DNA from: a virus
Direction: 5' to 3' (one strand)
Virus record (IMG/VR): IMGVR_UViG_3300045988_163643
Location: 128,001 to 192,000 of that record
DNA: 64,000 nucleotides
Shown here one piece after another: positions 38,701-48,394 of this stretch; within the stretch, counting starts at the first letter, position 1, and each line of letters starts with the position of its first letter. The notes beneath the pieces are model-generated. The model was not told where the DNA came from, made no database searches, and saw only the letters and a program-made list of their open reading frames with translations. A program made the translations under genes and the position numbers.

Positions 38701-41700
38701 GTAGCACTAACTTAACTACATCTGTTAAAGAAGGTTCTAGTTATTCTACTACTATTACTCCTAATAATGGTTATAGAATAAAAACAATATACTGTGTAAT
38801 GGGTGGTACAGATATAAGTAGTTCAACTGTTAGTGGTAATAATATTAATATACCTAATGTTACTGGTGAAATTTATATTACTGTTATAACGGAAGCGATT
38901 TCTACACCTGAAACTGGTACTATAGGAAATATGACATATGGAAAAGGTATAAACCAAAGTACCCATGTTATAACTGATAATGCTGAATGTTGGGCAACAG
39001 TTAAGGCAGTAACAGTTGAAAAGGGTGCGACTTACACATTACAAATGGATGGTACTTGGGTATGGGGTTACGCTTTTGATGATAGTGATAATTATGTTAG
39101 TGAATTGTTTACAAGTAATGGTAATAACAACTACACTTATACATTTACTGCACCTACAACTAAGATAAGATATGGATGTTATGACCCAGGTAAATATTTA
39201 ACATATTGTAATTTAACTAAAACTTCAGGTGGTACTGAAACATTAACTATTAGCAATATTTCAAATATTACACAAACTGCTCAAACAGAATTTTATATTG
39301 AATATAGTACTAATATAGCAGTAGCAAAACATGAAGTATCATGGGATGGAGGAAATACATTCTACGATAAAACTAGTGATGTAACTGCTACTGGAACATC
39401 ATATAAATTTAAGCATGACAATAAAGCTAGTGCTGGAACTTATAGAATGGCTATAAGAGTTACAACTTCATCAGGTGTTACTAAAACAAGTAATGTATTT
39501 ACAGTTACTCTTACAAGCACATCTACTCCTACACCAGTATACGAATTAGCTGATACAGTATTTGATGGTTCTTCTAAATATGTAGACACTGGAGTAAAAC
39601 CATTCAAGACTGCAAGTGATTACACTATATTCATTGACTTTGATGATTATGGAGCCAGTCAAGGGCAACTGCCATATTTATTCCACTGTGCATATGAGAA
39701 TGCCGACGGTGACGGATTAAAAGTATATTATAATAACGAAGATAATCACTACTATATAATAGGAAATAGACAAAACACTAGCGATGGTACTTATGAATCT
39801 AGTTGGACATTAGTTGGTGGTAAAAATAATAAAATTGCTATAGCAATCTCTAAAGGTGTGGTTAGCCAGATAGTAATAAATGGCTCAGCTGTTGCAGTTA
39901 CTAAGAATGCATACGACATGAACGACTATTCATTAATACTAGGAGCTTATCAGGATGTAGAATGCAATAAGAGCAAATATTGGAAAGGTACAATACATAC
40001 TTTCAAAGTATGGAATTCAGCTTTCACAGTAGCTCAACTAAAAGAACTATGTAACTCATCTAGTGGCGGTGGTAGTAACCCAGGCGGTGGCGATAGTGGT
40101 TCAAGTGATGCTTATAGACCAGGTAGAACTCTAATATGGGAAGATGATTTTACTGGCACAACTTTAAATACTGCTAACTGGGATTATGAAAACAACTATA
40201 GTAGACCAAATGAAGTTCAAAATTATGTGGCAGGAACAAATAACGTATGGGTAGAAAATAGTAATCTTGTTATAAAAGCTAAAAGAGAAAGTTCTAATGG
40301 TAAAGAATGGTCAAGTGGTTGTATCCATACAGATAACAAACGAGAATTCATGTATGGTAGATTTGAAGCTAAAATTAAGATACCACAAACAATAGGTTCA
40401 TTCCCAGCATTTTGGACATTAGGAGGTAACTACGAAGAAGGCAATGGTATTACCTGGCCATACTGTGGTGAGATAGATATCATGGAACACAAACAAGGAT
40501 ATGCTTGGACTACAGCAGGAGCATTATATAGAACAGACCTAGTATGGGACAACTGGGATGCGAAAGATTTAGGTAGGGTTGATTCAGGAAACATAGGAAG
40601 CTTCGATGATTACCATATCTATGCTATGGAATGGACTCATGACAAACTAGACTACTATGTAGACGATAGACTTATAGGACACTCAGACATAAGTGATGAT
40701 AACACATGGTTCATGTTCCACCAACCACATTATATACTACTAAATCAAGCTTTAGGTGCCGCCGGTGGTAGTGTTCCTAGCAATATGACTGAATATACTA
40801 TGTATGTAGACTGGGTTAGAGTTTATGCACCAGAAGAGGCACCGAGTGGTGGAGGTACTTCTAACCAAATTTGGTTTGAGGACACAAGTGCTAGACATAT
40901 GGATAAATGGAGTAAGCTTGGCTTAATTCTTAAATTCAATGAAAGTTGGACTAATAAAGTAGTTACATGGAAATCTAGTAATACAGACATAGCTACTGTA
41001 TGTGGCGGTAGAGTGGACTCTAAAGGAGTTGACGGAAGTTGTATTATAACTGCAACAACACTAGAAGGTAATTCAGCTAGCATAACTGTTAATGTAGGTT
41101 CTGGAGGAAGTAGTTCTGATAGTACTGAATATGCTACATCATGTACATCAGCTTATATCTTAGATAAAATGTATCCGATGCCACAAAATCACGAAGCACT
41201 ACCTAGTGGTGTAAATGATACTTGGGCAACTCAATCTCGTTGGGAAAACCAACAAAGACCTACTGCAATAGCACATAATTGTGGTCAAGCAAATTGTCCA
41301 GGTGCAGTAGCATTTAGGGCACTTGGTGCTTGGGCTAATGTTTATAGAGTTAAAAATTCAGGATTTAGTTCAAATACTGGAGTTGAGATGAGAAACATAA
41401 AAGTTTATGGTTGGTATAATGGTCAATGGGAAAAAGTACAAGATTTAGCAGTTCCTAATGGAAACTTCTACGCTGAAAGTTTCTCAGGTGATAGTAATAC
41501 ATATTTTAGTGATAGTATAAAAACAACTAGTACTAGTAAAACTATAATCCTAAGAGAAGCTAATAAGGTTAATGGTGAGAACTGTATGTATCATCCATTT
41601 AGTAATATTAAAAACTTTGACACAAAATATCAATATGTATATACTTGTATAGACTTAAGAAAAGTAAAATGGAATGAAAGTGGTACAGATGATAGAGATA

Positions 41701-41882
41701 GTTCACATTACTGTGCAAGTTGTGGTGGCGACTGGTGGCTAGCAGAAGGGTTAACTTTCGATAGCAGTTGGCAACACAACAAAGGTATAGCTCAACCTAA
41801 AATAATAGAAATTACAAAAGAGTGGAGAAGATTCAGTATGACTACTGTTCCACAAAATTGGACAAATGGATTCCCACAATAG
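35775..41882 (+). CDS. multidomain virion protein (2,035 aa): beta-helix-like N-terminal region, shared fiber cassettes, LamG/concanavalin-like domain, GH16 glycoside hydrolase, Big_2-like domain, unknown C-terminal domain
   Basis: The GH16 signature GEIDIMEH (ExDxxE) with flanking ..FWTLG.. and ..DWVRVY.. lies at about 40115-40830. A LamG-like ..KYWKGTIHTFKVWN.. lies at about 39535-40060. A Big_2-like VVTWKSSNTDIATV is also present. Confidence 0.65.
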   Translation: MANTINSTNNLTSTKIPELYIRYFNPKQKVNETISIKYYVSDSTQAEYLNKDDSKTFTTIVKIKDKTYNKTTKAGEYSIDIGSIANTGETYFSIYTIDDNGVASIEQFFDILIVNDSYNQVNNYNMTTADLSTYNITVGETASISQAKANNTGLNNLFKAVKNNGHNKITMLNKVYMLDYHSDKVVLPDHFTLDMNGATFKATQCNDINVSNLVDLRDCFDSHVKNGKLIGNYDGFDFEATKTNTNYNIPGEGLAVAEINGAKYSSFENMEMGYSVGYNLGVFGGKRAGYVGTPGKLAFPNAYYINDQGNTVSSTTMSTTESIDISTLLDRGEIQCNVYLGYGGLALNKAELFFHFYDSQSAYKTTIKSRQYQVVKIPSGTKYLRITGFTSTTTSSGMTICHTGGATNCELINIKSYNTRTCAMHPGIYNHLLIKNCSFNYVADENEYKVTKLALDFEDGYENGKNLFFINNEVYNGTSALTIQRAFNSNVINCRNFGLDIRGHIKGGLFKNNFFNDGSIYTTSFESQSHIKLHNNTFLKVLKFLKWDDKGDYSTIGLTKLDCKQSYQNNSNINVIIDKAVESSNGGGTTPTTLTISNISNITQTANTEFYIQYSTNKAVTKHEVSWDGGSVFYDKTSDVTSSGTSYKFKHDNSGNAGTYRMAIRVTTSSGETVTSNVFTVTLTDNTSTIYTITNNLTYCTTSNRAQHIDANTKYSATITANSGYTLSTITVIMGGSDVTSSVVNNNTITINSVTGNVVITAKATEQSTPSQTIGNMTNGKGVNQSTYIINDNADCWATINPVTVEQGATYTLQMDATWVWCYAYDDNDKFVKELFTSTGNNDYKYTFTAPTTKIRYGCYDPNKYLTYCNLTKTSSGSSDTYYTIRYYLHDSISSNTSTSIKKGSSYSTTITPKNGYRVNSISCMMGGNDVSNSVVSGTAVNIPNVTGDVSILADTEAIGDTNTYYTVHYHLSDSSSTNLTTSVKEGSSYSTTITPNNGYRIKTIYCVMGGTDISSSTVSGNNINIPNVTGEIYITVITEAISTPETGTIGNMTYGKGINQSTHVITDNAECWATVKAVTVEKGATYTLQMDGTWVWGYAFDDSDNYVSELFTSNGNNNYTYTFTAPTTKIRYGCYDPGKYLTYCNLTKTSGGTETLTISNISNITQTAQTEFYIEYSTNIAVAKHEVSWDGGNTFYDKTSDVTATGTSYKFKHDNKASAGTYRMAIRVTTSSGVTKTSNVFTVTLTSTSTPTPVYELADTVFDGSSKYVDTGVKPFKTASDYTIFIDFDDYGASQGQLPYLFHCAYENADGDGLKVYYNNEDNHYYIIGNRQNTSDGTYESSWTLVGGKNNKIAIAISKGVVSQIVINGSAVAVTKNAYDMNDYSLILGAYQDVECNKSKYWKGTIHTFKVWNSAFTVAQLKELCNSSSGGGSNPGGGDSGSSDAYRPGRTLIWEDDFTGTTLNTANWDYENNYSRPNEVQNYVAGTNNVWVENSNLVIKAKRESSNGKEWSSGCIHTDNKREFMYGRFEAKIKIPQTIGSFPAFWTLGGNYEEGNGITWPYCGEIDIMEHKQGYAWTTAGALYRTDLVWDNWDAKDLGRVDSGNIGSFDDYHIYAMEWTHDKLDYYVDDRLIGHSDISDDNTWFMFHQPHYILLNQALGAAGGSVPSNMTEYTMYVDWVRVYAPEEAPSGGGTSNQIWFEDTSARHMDKWSKLGLILKFNESWTNKVVTWKSSNTDIATVCGGRVDSKGVDGSCIITATTLEGNSASITVNVGSGGSSSDSTEYATSCTSAYILDKMYPMPQNHEALPSGVNDTWATQSRWENQQRPTAIAHNCGQANCPGAVAFRALGAWANVYRVKNSGFSSNTGVEMRNIKVYGWYNGQWEKVQDLAVPNGNFYAESFSGDSNTYFSDSIKTTSTSKTIILREANKVNGENCMYHPFSNIKNFDTKYQYVYTCIDLRKVKWNESGTDDRDSSHYCASCGGDWWLAEGLTFDSSWQHNKGIAQPKIIEITKEWRRFSMTTVPQNWTNGFPQ

Positions 41883-41897
41883 GAGAGTGATAAAACA

Positions 41898-43736
41898 ATG
41901 AGTAGTTATATAAGTAATTCGTTTTCAGTATCGGTCAATAGACCGACTACTGGAACAATTGAACCCGTATCAACCGTTAATATATACAAAAATGAAAAAA
42001 TGTTACAAGCTGTAAGTGGTACACCAGGAGACGGAGAGTATAAAGTTACAATAACAAATACAACAAATTGTAGTGCTAGTATAAAATCTGATAATAAAAC
42101 TATATTATTAAATTCTGTAACAGGAAATAATGGTACAATAGAAATATCAGTAAATATTGAAAATAAAAAAACATATAGTAAAACTATTTCTGTTGCTAAT
42201 GTTAATGATACATCTGTTTTAAGTAGTAATTTTAGTAGAATTGAACAAACTGCTAATAAAATAAGTTGGCTAGTAAAAAGTGGTACTAGTTCAAGTAATA
42301 TGACATTAACAGATGAAGCACTGGATATTATTTCAAAAAATATTAATATTACAGGTACAGTTACTTTTTCTAGTTTAGATAGTTATACTCAAAATAGAAT
42401 AAATAGTTCATATAATTTGACTTCAGATTGGTCATATGGAGGAACAACTACAATTAATGGTGCTAAAATACAAACAGGTACAATAACTGCTGACCAAATA
42501 AGTGCTAATGCAATTACTGGTAAAAATATTACAGGTGGTACAATAAATATAGGTAGCGGTACATTTGTAGTTAATAAAAATGGTCAAATCATTGCAAGAA
42601 CAGAACCTAACTCAAAAGGTCAATATTTGGAAATGAATAGTTCAAGTTATAAAATTTATAATGGTTCTAAAACTGTTGCTATGACTTTAGGTTTTAGAGA
42701 TGTTACATTTGAGAATGGTAATACTTCTACATCAACACCTTGTATATATTTAGGGGCAGATGGTATAAATAATCAAGGTGGTAGTAGTTATACTGCTGGA
42801 ACAGGTAGATATTTTGGTAGAATAATGGCTACTGATAGTCATACTTCAATGTCAAATACTCACGTTGGTGTTCCTTTGATGGAAATAAATTTCAACAGTA
42901 GATATACAGATTCTGATACAGGAAATGCAATTGCAAGTCAGTTGAGATTTTTTGGTGATGGTGATATGATAATAGCTCCAGTTTGTGACCTTCAAATAAG
43001 AACCCATCAAAAAGATAATACGGTATCGAAAGGCGGTTCAGAATATGAAGTAGCTTACTTTGCTTCAAGTTCATCTGAATGGTATTCTGGATTTATGAGA
43101 ACTTATGCTGTGACAAATAATTTTAATAGTAAAGGTTTGTTCTTAGGAGATTATTATATGAGTTCTTCTGGTAATGGTTATAATTCTAGTCTAGGTGATT
43201 TTGTTAGTGCAGTTCTTGTAAAAGCAGGTAAAACAAGTTCAGGAGACAAAATGAGAACATTTAGACCACATACCGACAATGTTGCCTTATTAGGTACTGG
43301 TGGTTATAGATGGGCAAAACTTTATTGTGGCAATAGTTCAATAAATACTTCAGATAGAAGATGTAAAACAAACATAAATTATCTTACTTCAGATAATGTA
43401 AAGGTTGCAAGTAAACCATTATTTAATGAAGATGAAATATGGAATTTTGTAAAAGATATTGATTTTGCAACATATAACTTTATAGATAATGAAACAGGAG
43501 GAGCTAAAGAAGATAATCAAATAGGATTTATTTTGCAAGATTTGATTCAAGCTTATCCTGATTTAACCAATTCTTTATTATTGGATAAAGGTAGTTATGA
43601 TGTAGAAGAGGGTGAAGATGACACAATAGTTCCTATGTTAGGATACAATAGTGGAAACTATGTTAATTTATTAGGTTGTGCTTTAAAACAAGCATTACAA
43701 AGAATAGAGAAATTAGAAGAACAAATAAATAAATAG
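41898..43736 (+). CDS. tail fiber with C-terminal intramolecular chaperone (peptidase S74-like) domain
   Basis: The C-terminus has ..NTSDRRCKTNI..FATYNF..IGFILQDLIQAYPD.. and a terminal coiled coil, typical of the auto-cleaving chaperone domain. Confidence 0.65.
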   Translation: MSSYISNSFSVSVNRPTTGTIEPVSTVNIYKNEKMLQAVSGTPGDGEYKVTITNTTNCSASIKSDNKTILLNSVTGNNGTIEISVNIENKKTYSKTISVANVNDTSVLSSNFSRIEQTANKISWLVKSGTSSSNMTLTDEALDIISKNINITGTVTFSSLDSYTQNRINSSYNLTSDWSYGGTTTINGAKIQTGTITADQISANAITGKNITGGTINIGSGTFVVNKNGQIIARTEPNSKGQYLEMNSSSYKIYNGSKTVAMTLGFRDVTFENGNTSTSTPCIYLGADGINNQGGSSYTAGTGRYFGRIMATDSHTSMSNTHVGVPLMEINFNSRYTDSDTGNAIASQLRFFGDGDMIIAPVCDLQIRTHQKDNTVSKGGSEYEVAYFASSSSEWYSGFMRTYAVTNNFNSKGLFLGDYYMSSSGNGYNSSLGDFVSAVLVKAGKTSSGDKMRTFRPHTDNVALLGTGGYRWAKLYCGNSSINTSDRRCKTNINYLTSDNVKVASKPLFNEDEIWNFVKDIDFATYNFIDNETGGAKEDNQIGFILQDLIQAYPDLTNSLLLDKGSYDVEEGEDDTIVPMLGYNSGNYVNLLGCALKQALQRIEKLEEQINK

Positions 43737-43786
43737 ATTAAAGTCTTATAAATATAATGTAAAATAAAAATAAAGGAGAGATATTA

Positions 43787-43948
43787 ATGGATATAAAACT
43801 TGAAATTGCTTTTCAACAAGCAATGGAAGAAATAGCAAATTTAAATCAAAGAGTGATTCTTGAAAAAAGTTTAAGAATACAAGTAGAAGAAGAAAATAAA
43901 GAATTAAAAGAAAAAATAGCAAAATTAGAAAAAGATAATCCTCAATAA
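43787..43948 (+). CDS. small coiled-coil protein (53 aa)
   Basis: Not in the supplied track. ATG 43787 lies 7 nt after AAAGGAGAG; stop is TAA 43946-43948. Confidence 0.5.
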   Translation: MDIKLEIAFQQAMEEIANLNQRVILEKSLRIQVEEENKELKEKIAKLEKDNPQ

Positions 43949-43972
43949 ATATAAATAAAAGAAGGTGATAGA

Positions 43973-44452
43973 ATGAGTGATAACTTAATAAAAAAACCTT
44001 TAACTATTACTATTAATGAAAACACTGCTAGTTTAAATGAACCTATGTATTTTTATCAAGAGGATAGATGGATAGATTTTGAATTCACTATAGCAGATGT
44101 AAAGTATAAATTTAATGAATACAGTGGTAATATATTAATTGAATCTAGTGCTTCTTATGCAGTAATTAAAGTATTAAAACCAAATGGTGATAAATTTATG
44201 ACTGATAAATTACCAATACAAAATAATAAAGTTATACTTTCTATAACAGATGAATTCGCTGATGAATGCGAAGAATGTGGAATTCACACAATGCAAATAC
44301 ATTTATATGATGATGAAAGAAATGATTCAACAGGAAAAAAAATACAAGGTAGAGTTACTATTCCACCTGTAAATTTTGAAGTATATGAACCTATATTCCA
44401 TGATGATAAAAGTATAGCAACTGTTTCTTGTGTAAGAGCAGATGATGAATAA
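43973..44452 (+). CDS. BppU-N-like baseplate protein (short paralog)
   Basis: The N-terminus LTITINENTASLNEPMYFYQEDRWIDFEFTI parallels the next ORF. The stop overlaps the next start (TAATG). Confidence 0.5.
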   Translation: MSDNLIKKPLTITINENTASLNEPMYFYQEDRWIDFEFTIADVKYKFNEYSGNILIESSASYAVIKVLKPNGDKFMTDKLPIQNNKVILSITDEFADECEECGIHTMQIHLYDDERNDSTGKKIQGRVTIPPVNFEVYEPIFHDDKSIATVSCVRADDE

Positions 44453-45855
44453 TGGCTGAAAATTATATTACAAAAAATATTATTGTTACTATAAATGGAA
44501 CTACTGCACAATTAGATGAACCACTATATTTATATCAGCGTGATAAAAATATAGATATATATTTTTTAATAAGGAATTTTAAATATGACTTTGTAAAAGG
44601 TACTCAAGAAATAATTAATATTGTTGAAAAAACAAATGCTAGTTATGCAACAATAAGAGTATTAAAACCTGAAATTTATGCAACAAAAATTGGAGAAGAC
44701 GGTAAACCTCTTGGAGAAAATGGTAGAAAATTTATTAGTGACGAACCAATACCGGTTGTAGATGGAAAAGTTTTATTTACTATTACAGAAAGTTTTATAG
44801 ATGAAGTAGAAGAAATAGGAAATTATCAACTTCAAATTTCTTTATGGGATGAAAATCGAGGTGGTAAAATTACAATACCACCTATTCCTTTTGAAGTTTT
44901 AAAACCTATATTTCCAGATGAATATGCTGAAAAATTTATACCAGGACAAATAGATATAACTAAAATAGGAATGTCAAGAATAGTTAATGATGATTATGTT
45001 ATTAGTGGTAATAAAGGTAATGAAATTAGTGCTATGGCTTTACGAGAAGACAGTGGTTTAGAAGAATGGAAATATGGACAAATAATTTCAGCTACAAGAA
45101 TGAATGCTATAACATCTAATTTAAATGATATATGGACTGAATTAAAAGAATTAGGCAAATCTATCGATATAAATGCTTCTAATGTAAAATACGATAATGC
45201 TTTATATCCAACTGTATCAAAAGCTTTAGATAAATTACTGTATATAAATTTAGCAATATCTAATTTTTCAGTAAAATTAGATGAAGCTTATTCTAATAAT
45301 ATCATTTGGGAATTAGGAAAAACTTTTAGTTTACCAATAATTATTAATTGGAGTTATAATAAAACAATGGAAGAAATAACAAATCAAACTCTAACACTTC
45401 CAAAAAGTGGAGTAATTAGCAATCTTGAAAAATCTTTAACATATACTTGCAACGATACAATAAATGGAAATGATAATTGTTCTTTTAAAATAACGGCTAC
45501 CGATGGTAAAGAAACTATAAGTAGAACAATAACACTTACTTATTGTAATAAAATTTATTGGGGTACTTCAAGTAATACAACTTTTAACAATGATTTTATT
45601 TCTACTTTAAAAAACAGTACATTAAGCAATAATATAAAACGAACTATAAATGTTAATGCCACATCTGATGAATATATTTACTATGCTTTTCCCACAAGAT
45701 TAGGAACTCCTGTATTTAAAGTTGGAGGATTTGAAGGTGGATTTAATAAAGTTAGCACAATCTACTTTACTAATTCTTATAATTATGTTGAAAAATATGA
45801 TATTTATAAAAGTACAAATGCAGGATTGGGAAATACGACGGTAGATATATCTTAG
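44452..45855 (+). CDS. BppU-like baseplate upper protein (long paralog)
   Basis: The N-terminal ~150 aa is paralogous to the previous ORF (IIVTINGTTAQLDEPLYLYQRDKNIDIYFLI .. ITIPPIPFEVLKPIF). Confidence 0.5.
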   Translation: MAENYITKNIIVTINGTTAQLDEPLYLYQRDKNIDIYFLIRNFKYDFVKGTQEIINIVEKTNASYATIRVLKPEIYATKIGEDGKPLGENGRKFISDEPIPVVDGKVLFTITESFIDEVEEIGNYQLQISLWDENRGGKITIPPIPFEVLKPIFPDEYAEKFIPGQIDITKIGMSRIVNDDYVISGNKGNEISAMALREDSGLEEWKYGQIISATRMNAITSNLNDIWTELKELGKSIDINASNVKYDNALYPTVSKALDKLLYINLAISNFSVKLDEAYSNNIIWELGKTFSLPIIINWSYNKTMEEITNQTLTLPKSGVISNLEKSLTYTCNDTINGNDNCSFKITATDGKETISRTITLTYCNKIYWGTSSNTTFNNDFISTLKNSTLSNNIKRTINVNATSDEYIYYAFPTRLGTPVFKVGGFEGGFNKVSTIYFTNSYNYVEKYDIYKSTNAGLGNTTVDIS

Positions 45856-45871
45856 TAAAGGTGGTGATTTT

Positions 45872-46543
45872 ATGGCTATAGAAATTATAGATACCTTAAA
45901 ACAGAAGAATAATGGTACTTTTGGTTTAGTAGATAGCAATGATATTATCGGTGGGTTTTATCAAACAGATAATATAACTGAAAGAAATTCCATACCTTTA
46001 AATAGAAGAAAGGAAGGTATGTTTTGTTGGGTTAAAGAAGAAAAAAAGGTTTTTCAACTAGTAGATGGATTAACTAATGAATGTTGGATTGAGTTTAAAT
46101 CAGGTAGCTCAAATGGTGGAGGTACTATAATAGATGGATATGCACATATATGGATAGGCGATAAACCACCAGAAGATAAAAATATGTTATGGTTAGATAC
46201 TAATTCAGATGGAATATTAGAAGATGAAACTGATATAGAAACAGTAAAAAAATTACTTAATAAAATATCTGATTTAGAAATAAAAATATCACTATTGACA
46301 AAAAGAGTTGCTTATTTAGAAAAACATGGAGTCGTCAATCCTGATAAACCTGACACACCTGATACACCAATAAGTATCGGTTTATTATTAGAAGATGGAA
46401 CACCTTTGTTACTTGAAGATGGAACGCCTTTATTACTTGAAGAAGAAAAAAGTGAAGGTAGTAGTAATGTAATAAATGGAATATTATTAGAAGATAAAAC
46501 AAATATATTATTAGAAGATAAGACTCCATTATTATTAGAATAA
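45872..46543 (+). CDS. hypothetical tail-associated protein with C-terminal LLLEDGTPLLLE repeats
   Basis: 223-aa ORF with RBS AAAGGTGGTGA. A PDKPDTPDTP linker is followed by tandem LLEDxTxLLLE units. Confidence 0.55.
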   Translation: MAIEIIDTLKQKNNGTFGLVDSNDIIGGFYQTDNITERNSIPLNRRKEGMFCWVKEEKKVFQLVDGLTNECWIEFKSGSSNGGGTIIDGYAHIWIGDKPPEDKNMLWLDTNSDGILEDETDIETVKKLLNKISDLEIKISLLTKRVAYLEKHGVVNPDKPDTPDTPISIGLLLEDGTPLLLEDGTPLLLEEEKSEGSSNVINGILLEDKTNILLEDKTPLLLE

Positions 46544-46563
46544 ATAGAGGAGATGATAAATAA

Positions 46564-47946
46564 ATGGCTACAGAAGGTAAAAAAATAAGTCAACTAACAG
46601 AAGTGTTAAGTGTTGACAAAGAAAATGACTATATAATTGTACAACGTGGAGCAGATAATAAAAAGTTAAAATTAGCCAATGTAATGACAACAGATAATAT
46701 GGGTGACAATTATGTTGATTTAAAATCATATGAAGATAAAAGTGAATTTAGATTAATTATAAATGATGATGGAAAAGTTCAAGTATTTCCAAAGGAATGT
46801 GTTGAGGGTCATACTTATGCTGAAAATGATAATTTACAAATGCCTTTAAAATTAGCTAGTTATATAGGTAATTCTCAAACTGCATTATCTACTGTTAATA
46901 ATGGAGGTATTGTTATTAATCAAATTTATGGTGGTGGAGATTTAGTACCAACATCAACTTTACAAGCACCTAGCGTTAGTCATAGTTTTGTTGAATTATA
47001 CAATCGTAATGTTGTAGATATTAATTTAAAAGGATTATATTTACATTATAAAGGTAATGATGAAACTGTTTGGAAAACATTAGCGTTAAGAGGACTTTTA
47101 CCAGCACACACTGCTTTTTTAATTAGAGGTAAACAACATGGAGATTTAATGAGTGATTTAGTAAGATGTAAAATATACGATTATGACCAAGAATGGATAG
47201 ATTCTGATAAAAATGAACCTATTGCATTTAGTAGAAATGGTATGTCAATGTTTTTATCAACTAACTCAACTCCGCCTAATGCTAATGAAAACCCTAATAG
47301 ATATCTTATAACAACTGATACTTCAGGTGTATCAACATTATCATATGTCAATGGATATTATGTAGATTTATTAGGTGTGGGTAGTGCTGATGGAACAAAA
47401 AACCCAGTTGCTTATGAAAAATTCTATTGGACTTGTATGGATAAAGATACTGCAATAAGAAGAATAGATTTTTATAATAATAAAAATAACAAATATGATA
47501 CAAAAGCTATAAATTATAAAACTTGTAATATAGAACATTATAGACCAAGAAGTTTAAGAGATGGAATTTGGGATAACTATTGTGATAAAGCAACTATAAA
47601 TGAAAACATACCTAATCTTATAGATATAACTTTTGGTGAACAACCTACAACAAGACTTTTTACATGGCAATCTGTTTTAACAGATAATGGTTGTGTAAAA
47701 CTTAGAAGAATAAAAGATAAAAGTGGAGTAGCAGTAACTGAAAATTGGAAAAAATATGAAAGTGAACGTGAAATAGTTAATAATCATGGTACATTTATGA
47801 CAATACATAGAACTAAAATAACCAATATAACACCTGGTTTATACGAATATCAATGTGGAGAAGAAGGTTATTGGTCAGATGTACAAATGATAGAAATGAG
47901 AGAATATACAGATAGTAGTACTATTAAAATGCTTTGGACTACGGAT
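46564..47946 (+). CDS. LTD + metallophosphoesterase protein, exon 1 of 4
   Basis: Lamin-tail-like VELYNRNVVDINLKGLYLHY. The exon ends ..KMLWTTD (phosphoesterase motif I Asp) directly before an in-frame UAA that opens the intron. Confidence 0.7.
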
Positions 47947-48270
47947 TAAATATTAGTCCCTATGTAAAGTGATTTATATAGCAAACCTCTTGAATTGCTG
48001 GGAAACCCTTAGAGCCTTAATACCACAATATAAGAGAAATCATTATATGAAGGTTTGAAAAGTTTAAGGATTGGGTAATCAGCAGGTAAGATTCTAAGTT
48101 GTATAAACAATATGAATAAACTTCAACGAACAAGTATCCTAGTAGTCTAGGTAGTGGGAGGGGTCTCGAAAGAGATTGTGATATGCTCTACTCTCATGTG
48201 AAAGCATGAGCAGTTTTCTTTGAGTAAGAAAACGGGTAGAATAGTAACGATATTCTATTGAATATAAAGG
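47947..48270 (+). mobile_element. group I intron Met-1 (ORF-less; variant P7)
   Basis: P1 is GGAU|UAAAUAUUAGUCC with a canonical U at -1. The core is GAAUUGCUGG... The P7 strands are changed to GAACA / UGCUC. The GUAACGA hairpin is followed by GAAUAUAAAGG. Confidence 0.7.
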
Positions 48271-48394
48271 CAACAAGGTTTCACTCAACCTGAGTATGAA
48301 GCATGGAGAACTTGTGTTAAAGCTATGCAAACTAGAACTGATTTTTATAATAATTATGGCTTACCTGTATTTGATTTTCATTTGAACACTGGAG
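48271..48394 (+). CDS. metallophosphoesterase, exon 2 of 4
   Basis: Encodes QQGFTQPEYEAWRTCVKAMQTRTDFYNNYGLPVFDFHLNTG(D). Confidence 0.7.

Noticed and set aside
33442-41882. Repeated fiber cassettes as template/variable repeats of a diversity-generating retroelement
   Set aside because: No reverse transcriptase ORF is present in the window. The cassettes occur in more than two copies, and the differences I could read are not confined to adenine positions. They look like ordinary domain duplications.
48139-48330. 63-aa minus-strand ORF
   Set aside because: It spans the 3' ribozyme half of intron Met-1 and exon 2 of the phosphoesterase gene in antisense, with no RBS.
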